Assembly: GCA_964478325.1 (NCBI GenBank)
Contig: CAYZIA010000001.1
Location: forward strand, 1 to 60,157
Origin: an uncultured Weeksellaceae bacterium
GTDB lineage: Bacteria > Bacteroidota > Bacteroidia > Flavobacteriales > BACL11
Direction: 5' to 3'
DNA length: 60,157 bases
Shown here: positions 1-9,165 of the stretch, in pieces
How the letters are laid out: each line of letters opens with the position of its first letter
Position numbering within the stretch: the first letter of the stretch is position 1
Made by a program: the position numbers and the translations under genes
The notes under the pieces: model-generated
Told to the model about the DNA's origin: nothing
The model's database searches: none
Seen by the model: only the letters and a program-made list of their open reading frames with translations

Positions 1-2444
1 TAATCCCAACCCCTAACTTTCATTATCTCAAAACCTTCTCCTTGTTCATCTCTCTTGATCCAAGCTATTATAAATGGACACAATGGATTTTTAAGCAATT
101 ATTTAACTCATATTATTGTAAAAACACTGATAAAGCAAGAGATATATCGGAACTTTATGATTATTTTTTACAAGAAGGAAATTTAAGATTAAATGTGGTT
201 TGTGATGAAAATACTCCTCAATTTTCAGCAGAGGATTGGAAAGGATTTTCAGCAGAAAAGAAAGAAAATATTTTACTTAATTACAGATTAGCATTTTTGT
301 CAGAAACTTGGGTAAATTGGTGTGAAGATTTGGGCACTGTACTTGCAAATGATGAGGTTAAAGAGGGCCTTTCTGAAAGAGGAGGTTTCCCTGTTGAACA
401 AAAACTAATGAAACAGTGGTCGCTTAGGATTACTGCTTATGCAGATAGGTTAATTTCAGGATTAGATACTGTTGATTGGTCAGATTCTATTAAGGAGATT
501 CAGAAAAATTGGATTGGGAAATCAAAAGGTGCTTCCGTTAGTTTCTCATTAGAAAATTTGGAAGATAAAATTGAGGTTTTTACAACAAGACCAGATACTA
601 TTTTTGGTGTTAATTTTATGGTTCTTGCTCCCGAACATGATTTAGTTCAAAAACTAACAAAATCTGAACAAAAAAGGGAGGTTGAGAAATATGTAAATGC
701 CGCAAAACTAAAATCAGAAAGACACAGACAAGCGGAGAAAAATGTAAGTGGTGTGTTTACCGGATCTTATGCAGTTCATCCTTTTACGGGTAATAAAGTT
801 GCTATTTGGATAAGTGAATATGTACTTGCAACATATGGGACAGGAGCGGTTATGGCTGTACCATGTGGCGATCAGAGAGATTGGAATTTTGCAACTCATT
901 TTAATATAGATATTATCAATATTTTTAAGAGTGTTGATGTAAGTGAAAAGGCAAATGAAGATAAGAATGTAACAATAACAAACTCAGATTTTTTAAATGG
1001 GCTATCTGCTAAAAAAGCAATGGATTTAGCTATTTGTAAGATTGAGGAATTTGGCTTTGGAAAAGGGAAAATAAACTATCGATTAAGAGACGCAATCTTT
1101 AGCAGACAAAGGTACTGGGGGGAGCCATTTCCAGTTTATTACAAAGAGGAGACTCCTTATGTCTTGGATGATGATAAACACGTAATACTTCCTCCGGTTG
1201 ATAAATATTTAGCAACTTCAAGCGGAGAACCACCACTGGCAAGAGTGCAGAAAGAAGATTGGAATGTGTTTGAAGGAGATAGAATGGAAACGAATATTAT
1301 GCCGGGCTGGGCAGGAAGTTCTTGGTATTTCTTAAGATATATGGATCCAAAAAATGATGAAGAGTTTTGTTCAAAAGAAAAGTCTGATTATTGGGGACAG
1401 GTAGATCTATATATTGGAGGCGCAGAACATGCTGTTGGGCATTTGCTGTATTCTCGTTTTTGGACTAAATTTTTGTATGTTAGAGGATTTATTTCTTTTG
1501 AGGAACCTTTCAAAAAGATGATAAATCAAGGAATGATTTTGGGCAGATCATACTATGTGTATAGAATAAAGGATAGTAATACTTTCATAAGTTTTGATAA
1601 AAGAAAAGATTACAAAACCACAAGATTATATGTAGATATTAATTTTGTAAATAATAATGTTTTGGATGTCGAAGCGTTTAAAAATTGGAGAGATGAATAT
1701 AAAGATGCAGAATTTATATTTAATGATGAAGATAAGTATTTGTGTGGGCATGAGGTAGAAAAAATGTCTAAATCAAAATATAATGTACAAACACCTGATG
1801 AACTTGTACAAAAATTTGGGGCAGATACTTTGCGTTTGTATGAAATGTTCTTAGGGCCTTTGGAACAGTTCAAACCTTGGGATACCAAAGGGATTAATGG
1901 GGTATATAATTTTCTAAGAAAGTTTTGGAGGCTTGTTCATAATGCAGAAAATAATTTTTCTGTTTCAGAAGAAACCCCAACAAAAGAGAATTATAAAACA
2001 CTTCATAAAACAATCAAAAAGGTAGAGGTAGAAATTGAAAGATATTCCTTCAATACAGTTATAAGTACTTTTATGATTTGTGTGAATGAACTTACTGAGC
2101 AGAAATGTAAGAGTAGAGAGATTATTTCTGATTTTACAGTTTTACTTTCTTCATATGCCCCTCATATATCTGAAGAGATTTGGCATAAATTAGGGAACAA
2201 AACTTCTGTAACTATTGCATGTTTCCCTAAGTTTAACGAATCTTATTTGGGAGAAACAGAAATTAATTATCCGGTTTCTTTTAATGGGAAGATGCGATTT
2301 AAAATTAATTTGCCAGTTGATATGAAACAAGCTGAGGTGGAACAAGAAGTAATGAAACACGAAAAAACAGCTCATTATTTAGATGGAAAATCTCCTAAAA
2401 AAATAATTATAGTCCCAAAACGAATTATCAATATAGTGTATTAA
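1..2444 (+). CDS. leuS: leucine--tRNA ligase (LeuRS), 5'-partial at window edge
   Basis: 800-aa ORF (track 42..2444, TTG); the frame stays open back to nt 3. LeuRS blocks are recognisable: DPSYYKWTQWIF, the CP1 editing domain (TRPDTIFGVNFMVLAPEH, YGTGAVMAVPCGDQRD), RQRYWGEPFP, GGAEHAVGHLLYSRFW and the KMSKS loop (KMSKSKYN). The HIGH-motif N-terminus is not in the window. Confidence 0.95.
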   Translation, partial: IPTPNFHYLKTFSLFISLDPSYYKWTQWIFKQLFNSYYCKNTDKARDISELYDYFLQEGNLRLNVVCDENTPQFSAEDWKGFSAEKKENILLNYRLAFLSETWVNWCEDLGTVLANDEVKEGLSERGGFPVEQKLMKQWSLRITAYADRLISGLDTVDWSDSIKEIQKNWIGKSKGASVSFSLENLEDKIEVFTTRPDTIFGVNFMVLAPEHDLVQKLTKSEQKREVEKYVNAAKLKSERHRQAEKNVSGVFTGSYAVHPFTGNKVAIWISEYVLATYGTGAVMAVPCGDQRDWNFATHFNIDIINIFKSVDVSEKANEDKNVTITNSDFLNGLSAKKAMDLAICKIEEFGFGKGKINYRLRDAIFSRQRYWGEPFPVYYKEETPYVLDDDKHVILPPVDKYLATSSGEPPLARVQKEDWNVFEGDRMETNIMPGWAGSSWYFLRYMDPKNDEEFCSKEKSDYWGQVDLYIGGAEHAVGHLLYSRFWTKFLYVRGFISFEEPFKKMINQGMILGRSYYVYRIKDSNTFISFDKRKDYKTTRLYVDINFVNNNVLDVEAFKNWRDEYKDAEFIFNDEDKYLCGHEVEKMSKSKYNVQTPDELVQKFGADTLRLYEMFLGPLEQFKPWDTKGINGVYNFLRKFWRLVHNAENNFSVSEETPTKENYKTLHKTIKKVEVEIERYSFNTVISTFMICVNELTEQKCKSREIISDFTVLLSSYAPHISEEIWHKLGNKTSVTIACFPKFNESYLGETEINYPVSFNGKMRFKINLPVDMKQAEVEQEVMKHEKTAHYLDGKSPKKIIIVPKRIINIVY

Positions 2445-2446
2445 AA

Positions 2447-3205
2447 ATGAGAAAAAGAAACGCTATTTTTTTTATTGCATTTCTTCCATTGATATTATTA
2501 GCACAAAATAATTATCCTTTTATAGTTGGAGAGCATTGTTCTTATCGCATACATTATGGCCCAATTACGGCTGGCTATGGGCATTTAAGTGTTAAAGGAT
2601 TAGAAAATCATTTAGGAGAAAAATGTTATTTTTTTGATGGATTTGGAGAAACAACTACATTTTTCGATTATATCTTTGAGGTAAACGATTCCTATATTTC
2701 GTACTGCAATCCCAAGACATTAACCCCTATTCATTTTATAAGAGATGTCAATGAAGGCGGCTACAAAATAAAGCAAGATTATCGTTTTAATTCTAAGGAA
2801 AGCGGAGTTTTAGTAGAAGATTCTGTCTATCGAGTCCCTGAAGATTCACAGGATATGATTTCCGCATTTTATTATGCAAGGGCACTTCTTAATAGACAAA
2901 AAATCAAACAAGATTCTATATTGAAAATTAATATTTTTATGGATGAAGAAAATTATCCTATGCGAATAAAATACCTGAAGAATGAGATTATAAAAACCAA
3001 GTGGGGAAAAATAAATTGTATGGTATTTGTGCCTCAACTACAAATAGGAAGAATTTTTCGAAAGGAAGAAGAAATGAGAATCTGGATTTCCGATGATGAT
3101 AATAAATTGATGATAAAAGTGGAAACTAAAATTATTGTTGGGGTGATAAAAGCAGAGCTTTATTCTTTTGAAGGTTTGAAAAGTCCATTGTCAATAACTG
3201 ATTAA
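2447..3205 (+). CDS. DUF3108-like secreted protein
   Basis: 252-aa ORF starting 3 nt after leuS. It has a signal-peptide-like N-terminus (MRKRNAIFFIAFLPLILLAQ). The overall pattern resembles Bacteroidota DUF3108 proteins; the family call is by recall only. Confidence 0.6.
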   Translation: MRKRNAIFFIAFLPLILLAQNNYPFIVGEHCSYRIHYGPITAGYGHLSVKGLENHLGEKCYFFDGFGETTTFFDYIFEVNDSYISYCNPKTLTPIHFIRDVNEGGYKIKQDYRFNSKESGVLVEDSVYRVPEDSQDMISAFYYARALLNRQKIKQDSILKINIFMDEENYPMRIKYLKNEIIKTKWGKINCMVFVPQLQIGRIFRKEEEMRIWISDDDNKLMIKVETKIIVGVIKAELYSFEGLKSPLSITD

Positions 3206-3247
3206 AAAGCAATGAAAATCTTTACTCCTTTTATGTAAATTGCGTCT

Positions 3248-4483
3248 ATGAGATCTAAAATTCTTGGCTGCCTTTTTTTTGCTCTATTATTACTACTCAT
3301 AGTAATGAACTTCTCGAAATGCAATCATGCAAATGGAGATAGTACAAAAGCTCCTAAAATACAAGAGCCCACTATAGAGTATGGTATTGTTACTGATTCT
3401 TTTCAACTTTTAAAAGGAGTAATAAAACCAGGCCAAGTGCTTGGAGAGATTCTATATAGAAATCATATAGATCATGGGAAAATCGATGAAATTGTAAAGG
3501 CATCTAAGGGAGTTTTTGATGTGAAAAGGGCAAAAGCAGGACAGCCCTACACTGTTTTTTGCACAAAAGATTCTAATGCCATTGCTCAGTGTCTTATCTA
3601 TGAAGAATCATCAATCCACTTTGTGGTATTTGATTTAAGAGATGGAATAAAAGTATATAGAGGAGAAAAGGAAGTAAAAATAAAGATGAGAACAGCATCA
3701 GGAGAAATTACATCTTCCTTGTGGAATGCAATAATGGATAATAATTTAAGCCCAGCTTTGGTGATAGAGCTATCTAATATTTATGCTTGGACAATTGATT
3801 TTTTTAGAATTCAAGAAGGGGATAAATTTAGGGTTTATTATGAAGAAAGATATGTGGAAGATGAATTTGTAGGTATTGGAAGAATTTGGGCAGCAAATTT
3901 TACTCATCAATCAGAGGATTTTTATGCTTTCTATTTCAGAGAAGAAGGCAAAAATTTTGGCGATTATTTTGATGAAGAAAGTAAAACACTAAGAAAAGCA
4001 TTTTTACGTGCTCCTTTAAATTTCAGTAGGATAAGCTCAAAATATAGTAAGCGAAGGAGGCATCCAGTAACTGGAAGAGTAAAACCACATTTAGGGACAG
4101 ATTATGCTGCACCTCCTGGGACTCCCATTTTAAGTACTGCAAACGGAACCGTTACGGAAGCAAGGTATAAAAGAAGTAATGGAAACTATGTAAAAATCCG
4201 ACACAATAATACTTATACCACACAATATCTCCATATGTCCAAAATAAAAACTGGGATAAGAAAAGGAGTTCATGTAAAACAAGGAGATGTAATTGGCTAT
4301 GTAGGAAGTACAGGGTTAGCAACAGGGCCTCATGTTTGCTATAGGTTTTGGAAGAATGGGGTGCAAGTAGATCCTTACAAACAAATATTGCCCCCCTCAG
4401 AGCCAATGAAAGAGATGAGCAAAGGACCTTTTCAATTAGTAAAAGACAGTTTAATTCAGTATCTTGCAGAACCAATAATATAA
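3248..4483 (+). CDS. M23 family metallopeptidase (peptidoglycan DD-endopeptidase-like)
   Basis: 411-aa ORF with an N-terminal hydrophobic segment. The C-terminal LytM/M23 signature is present: HLGTDYAAPPGTPILSTANGTV ... GYVGSTGLATGPHVCYRFW. Confidence 0.88.
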   Translation: MRSKILGCLFFALLLLLIVMNFSKCNHANGDSTKAPKIQEPTIEYGIVTDSFQLLKGVIKPGQVLGEILYRNHIDHGKIDEIVKASKGVFDVKRAKAGQPYTVFCTKDSNAIAQCLIYEESSIHFVVFDLRDGIKVYRGEKEVKIKMRTASGEITSSLWNAIMDNNLSPALVIELSNIYAWTIDFFRIQEGDKFRVYYEERYVEDEFVGIGRIWAANFTHQSEDFYAFYFREEGKNFGDYFDEESKTLRKAFLRAPLNFSRISSKYSKRRRHPVTGRVKPHLGTDYAAPPGTPILSTANGTVTEARYKRSNGNYVKIRHNNTYTTQYLHMSKIKTGIRKGVHVKQGDVIGYVGSTGLATGPHVCYRFWKNGVQVDPYKQILPPSEPMKEMSKGPFQLVKDSLIQYLAEPII

Positions 4484-4489
4484 TGCAAA

Positions 4490-7400
4490 ATGCTGCACTC
4501 AAGAAGCATAATTAAAAAGCTAATAGGGCTTTTATTCCTATTCTCATCTCATCTCCTTTCTGCTAGTGATTTTTCCTATCCTTTTATTGAAAACAAAGGG
4601 CAATTCAAAAAAAGTATTGGAGCAAAAGTAAATCTTCCTGGAGGAGCATTATTTATAGAAAAAGGAACATTTACATATAATTTTTATGATCAAAAAAAGC
4701 TTGTCGATTTTCATAATTTGAGAACAAACGATAGAAGTATGAGGGCACACGCTTTTAAAGTTATTTTCAAGAATTCTAATAAAAATGCAAAACATTTTTT
4801 AGAAGAGGAAAGTGTTTTTTTCGAAAACTACTTTTTAGGGAATGATAAAATTAAATGGACTGAAAATGTGCATCATTTTAAAACACTTGTACAAAAAAAT
4901 ATCTATGATGGAATTGATTTAAAGATATATTCCCATGATGGTAATTTAAAGTATGACATCTTTGTAAAAGCAAATTCTAATCCTGAAAACATAAAATTAA
5001 GCTATAAAGGAGTAGATGATATATTTCTAAAAAAAGGGGATTTGTATATACAAACTTCTGTAAATACAATCATAGAAGAAAAGCCATTTGCTTATCAAAT
5101 TATTGATGGAGAAAAAAAAGAAATTGTTTGCAATTACAAACAAAAGGGAAAAATCTTAAGCTTTGAATTTCCAAATGGTTACAACAAAAATCAAGATTTA
5201 ATTATTGATCCCACCCTTGTTTTCTCTACTTACTCTGGAAGTACAGCAAATAATTTTGGTTATACAGCAACTTATGATGATTATGGGTTTTTGTATTCTG
5301 GAAGCACAGTTTTTGGAGCCGGTTATCCAACAACTTTAGGGGCATATCAAATTAACTTTGCTGGAGGTACTGGGTCTTTAGGGACTGATATCGCTATTAC
5401 AAAATACGATACAACAGGAACAGTTGCTATTTATTCTACCTATTTAGGAGGAAGTAAAGATGAATTACCGCACTCTATGATTGTAAATTCTGCCAATGAA
5501 CTTTTTCTTTTTGGTACAAGTGGGTCTCATGATTACCCTACAACCACTAACGCATACCAAAATAATTTTAATGGAGGACCTTCTTTTCTTCCCTCAGGGA
5601 TTGGCATTTCTTATCCAGACGGCTCAGATTTAATAATTTCTTGTCTAAGTGGAAATGGAGGGAATTTGTTAGCATCTACTTATATTGGTGGCAGCGAAAA
5701 TGATGGCTTAAATATCGGTAATAAATTAAAATTTAATTATGCTGATGATGTAAGAGGAGAAATAGATATTGACAAAAACAACAATATTTATATTGCAACC
5801 TCTTCTCGTTCTACCGATTTTCCTATTGTTGGGAATGTATTCCAAACCACTTTAGATTCTTTGCAAGAGGGCGTAATTATTAAAATGGATAATCAACTTA
5901 GTAATATGATTTGGAGTTCTTTTTTAGGAGGGAGAGGATTGGATGCGATTTATTCTTTAGCATTGGATGTAGATGATAATATTTATGTAACTGGTGGTAC
6001 TACTTCTAATAATTTCCCAACTACCACAAATGGATTGTATCCCAATTATTTAGATTCTTTGCTGGCTGATGCTTTTGTTTCCTATATTTCTAAAGATGGA
6101 ACACAAATTATTAGCTCTACTTATTTTGGTTCCAATAGCTATGATCAAGCCTTTTTTGTAGAATTGGATGGAGCTCAAAATGTTTATTTGTTCGGACAAA
6201 CAAAAGCAAGTGGGAATACACTTGTTTATCAAACAAATTATAATGTGCCAGGCGGAGGAGAATTTATTAGCAAACTTTCCAAGAATTTAGATGTACTATT
6301 GCAATCTACAGTGGTAGGCGCTAATACTGGAAAGCCAAATATTTCGCCAACTGCTTTTCTAGTTGATGTCTGCAATAAAATTTATATTTCTGGTTGGGGT
6401 TCTAGTATAGGGATCGGTAATGCCGGCACAACTTTTAATTTACCAATTACTTCAAATGCCTTTCAAAGCAATACGGATGGAAATGATTTTTATCTCATGG
6501 TACTAGATGGCAATATGAACAATTTAATATATGCTACTTATTTTGGAGGAAATCAAGCTACAGAACATGTAGATGGAGGTACTAGTCGGTTTGATAAGAA
6601 AGGAGTTGTATATCAATGCGTTTGTGCTGGCTGTGGTGGCTATTCTGATTTTCCTACAACTATTGCAGCAATCTCAAGCACGAATAATGCGACTTCAGGA
6701 TCTCAATGTAATAGTGCGGTTTTTAAATTTAATTTTGATTTCCCTACTACTATTTCCAATTTTTCTGCTCCTTGGGTTGGTTGTGACACTACAATTTCTT
6801 TTCAAAATTTGAGTATTGGAGCAGGAAGCATAACTTATCAGTGGTTTTTTGGTGATGGGAATTTTTCGACTCAAGAGAATCCAACATATTCCTACAATCA
6901 AAATGGAATATATGATGTAACGCTAATTACAAATGATCCTACTTCATGTAATGTTAGTGATACTATCATGAAGCAAATTTATATTCTCTCTAATTCATCA
7001 AATATAATTCAGAAAGTGGAAATTTGTAAAAATGAGCAAATTCAAATTGGATTACTGCCAGTTAATGATCCTACAATTTCTTATTCTTGGAGTCCATCTC
7101 ATGGTTTGAGCAGCACCATAGTTTCCAATCCATTTGTGACTACTGATTCCACAATTTTGTATCAATTACTTATTTCAAATGGAAGTTGTATTGATACAGT
7201 TTTTCAATTAGTGGAGGTAAATGCTATAAATGTTGATGCTGGAAATGACACCTCTTTTTGTAATAAACCTATTTTATTGAGCTCAAATTTGGAAGGTTTA
7301 GTCACTTCATTCTTATGGTCGAGCAATGATTTATTTACCGATACACTTAGTTTAGATAGCTTTTTGCTTACAACAAATCCCATGCAGTATTTTGTAAAAG

Positions 7401-8218
7401 TTACGGATGGAATTTGTCAGGCAATCGATAGTGTAGAAATTAAAATTCAAGATATTGATATTTCTCTTACTGGAAATTTTGAAATTTGTAATGGTGATTC
7501 TGCTTTTGTAAAAGTTAATAATTTACTCCCTACAGTGCCATTAATTGCTTATACTTGGACTGGAACAGATACTTTAAATTTTAGCTCAGATTCTTCGTTT
7601 GTTTGGTTTTTCCCCGACTCTTCTATTTGGCTTTTTATACAGGTGCAAAACCAAAATGGTTGTGAGCTCAAAGATTCTATTTTTATAGCAGTAAATTCAT
7701 TTGCAATCTCCGATAGTATTTGGGCTAGTAAAAATCCAATTTATAAGGGAGAAAGTACTTTATTAAATATTCAAACTATTGCTAATGTACTTTGGGAAAC
7801 AGGTGACACAACAAAGCAAATTGAAGTTTGGCCAACATACGATTCTCTTTTTAGGGTAGATATTTATTCTAATTTTGAATGTCAAACTTCTGATAGTATA
7901 TATATTACAATTTTGGATGTTTTTTGTGATGATTCTAAAATTAAAATACCTACAGCTTTTTCGCCAAATAATGATGATGAATTAATAAATGAGATTTATA
8001 GGATAAAAGATGATGATGGAATTATCACCTTCTTTAAGTTAGAAATATTTAATCGTTTTGGTCAAAAAGTATATACTTCCAACAATAAAGATGGCGAGTG
8101 GGATGGCACTTTTCAGAATGAATTATTACTTCCGCAAGTGTTTGATTTTTATTTAGAGTTAGAATGTTTTGGTGGTAAAAAATTATTCAAAAAAGGAAAT
8201 ATTACATTGATAAGATGA
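4490..8218 (+). CDS. large T9SS type B cargo protein (SBBP beta-propeller repeats + PKD domain + gliding-motility-associated C-terminal domain)
   Basis: 1242-aa ORF with a signal peptide. It contains repeated STY(L/I/F)GG..D..NIY(I/V)(T/A) SBBP-like units and a PKD-like block (YQWFFGDGNFSTQENPTYSYNQNGIYDVTLI). The C-terminus matches the type B sorting domain: IPTAFSPNNDD...FNRFGQKVYTS...WDGTF...GNITLIR. Confidence 0.88.
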   Translation: MLHSRSIIKKLIGLLFLFSSHLLSASDFSYPFIENKGQFKKSIGAKVNLPGGALFIEKGTFTYNFYDQKKLVDFHNLRTNDRSMRAHAFKVIFKNSNKNAKHFLEEESVFFENYFLGNDKIKWTENVHHFKTLVQKNIYDGIDLKIYSHDGNLKYDIFVKANSNPENIKLSYKGVDDIFLKKGDLYIQTSVNTIIEEKPFAYQIIDGEKKEIVCNYKQKGKILSFEFPNGYNKNQDLIIDPTLVFSTYSGSTANNFGYTATYDDYGFLYSGSTVFGAGYPTTLGAYQINFAGGTGSLGTDIAITKYDTTGTVAIYSTYLGGSKDELPHSMIVNSANELFLFGTSGSHDYPTTTNAYQNNFNGGPSFLPSGIGISYPDGSDLIISCLSGNGGNLLASTYIGGSENDGLNIGNKLKFNYADDVRGEIDIDKNNNIYIATSSRSTDFPIVGNVFQTTLDSLQEGVIIKMDNQLSNMIWSSFLGGRGLDAIYSLALDVDDNIYVTGGTTSNNFPTTTNGLYPNYLDSLLADAFVSYISKDGTQIISSTYFGSNSYDQAFFVELDGAQNVYLFGQTKASGNTLVYQTNYNVPGGGEFISKLSKNLDVLLQSTVVGANTGKPNISPTAFLVDVCNKIYISGWGSSIGIGNAGTTFNLPITSNAFQSNTDGNDFYLMVLDGNMNNLIYATYFGGNQATEHVDGGTSRFDKKGVVYQCVCAGCGGYSDFPTTIAAISSTNNATSGSQCNSAVFKFNFDFPTTISNFSAPWVGCDTTISFQNLSIGAGSITYQWFFGDGNFSTQENPTYSYNQNGIYDVTLITNDPTSCNVSDTIMKQIYILSNSSNIIQKVEICKNEQIQIGLLPVNDPTISYSWSPSHGLSSTIVSNPFVTTDSTILYQLLISNGSCIDTVFQLVEVNAINVDAGNDTSFCNKPILLSSNLEGLVTSFLWSSNDLFTDTLSLDSFLLTTNPMQYFVKVTDGICQAIDSVEIKIQDIDISLTGNFEICNGDSAFVKVNNLLPTVPLIAYTWTGTDTLNFSSDSSFVWFFPDSSIWLFIQVQNQNGCELKDSIFIAVNSFAISDSIWASKNPIYKGESTLLNIQTIANVLWETGDTTKQIEVWPTYDSLFRVDIYSNFECQTSDSIYITILDVFCDDSKIKIPTAFSPNNDDELINEIYRIKDDDGIITFFKLEIFNRFGQKVYTSNNKDGEWDGTFQNELLLPQVFDFYLELECFGGKKLFKKGNITLIR

Positions 8219-9165
8219 AAGTTTTGTTATTAATATTAGCACTTCTTTTTACCTTTAACTTAAAAGCTCAAGACATCCATTTTTCTCAATTTACAGTTTC
8301 AAATATTTCACTAAATCCTGCTATTGTTGGCAATCAATCGGCTGACTTTAAAACATCTTTTCAAAAAAGAATACAATGGCAAAGTGTTGCTGATCCTTTC
8401 AATACAATTACAACCAACTTTGAAGCAAAAGATATTTTGAAAAAAACTTCTGTTGGATTGCAATTTATAAATGATGTAGCTGGAGATGCTAATTTTACTA
8501 CTTCTCAATTTAATACAGCAATAAATAAATCTTTCTCCATTGATAGAGATAAGGCGATTTCAGCAGGGATATTACTTGGATTTACACAAAGAAAAGTAGA
8601 TTTTTCCAATCTTATTTTTGAAGAACATGAAAATCTACAGAACCCATCTTTTACCTATTTTGATGTAGGAATTGGAGCAAATTATTCCGCAATGATAAAT
8701 GATAATTTTTCTTTTATTTCTGGGCTTTCTGCTTTTCATATTAATAAGCCAAAACAAACATTAATAGATGATGAAAGTGTGGAATTAGATGAAAAATATA
8801 ATTTGTATTTTCAATCCTTTTATCGCATAAATAATACAATTATTCTAAATCCAGCATTACTTTATAGTAGACAAGGAAAAGTTAGAGAACTTCTTTTTGG
8901 AACCATAATAAGGTATGAAATCCCTGATTTTAATATGGGACTTATTTCTCAAATTTTTTATAGATGGGATGATGCTATTATTCCAGCCTTTGGACTAAAT
9001 TATAATAACATTAGGGCAGTTATAAGTTATGATATTAATATTTCTGATTTGGTAGCTGCTAGCAACAAAAAAGGGGGTTTTGAGGTATCCATTATGTATA
9101 TTTGGAATAAGAAGAAAAGAAAGGCAAAAAAAGAAATTAAGAAATATTGTCCAAGATATTTATGA
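8215..9165 (+). CDS. PorP/SprF family type IX secretion system membrane protein
   Basis: 316-aa ORF with an ATGA overlap onto the upstream cargo gene (8215-8218). It has a signal peptide followed by QDIHFSQFTVSNISLNPAIVG, the characteristic PorP/SprF N-terminal motif, and a beta-barrel-like alternating sequence. Confidence 0.85.
   Translation: MKVLLLILALLFTFNLKAQDIHFSQFTVSNISLNPAIVGNQSADFKTSFQKRIQWQSVADPFNTITTNFEAKDILKKTSVGLQFINDVAGDANFTTSQFNTAINKSFSIDRDKAISAGILLGFTQRKVDFSNLIFEEHENLQNPSFTYFDVGIGANYSAMINDNFSFISGLSAFHINKPKQTLIDDESVELDEKYNLYFQSFYRINNTIILNPALLYSRQGKVRELLFGTIIRYEIPDFNMGLISQIFYRWDDAIIPAFGLNYNNIRAVISYDINISDLVAASNKKGGFEVSIMYIWNKKKRKAKKEIKKYCPRYL

Noticed and set aside
3273-3280. T8 homopolymer in the M23 peptidase signal peptide, along with T9 at 56070..56078 and G6 at 35100..35105, considered as slipped-strand phase-variation tracts.
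   Set aside because: The reading frames are intact. The tracts are short, encode ordinary Phe or Gly runs, and T/A runs of this length are expected by composition. Nothing indicates switching.
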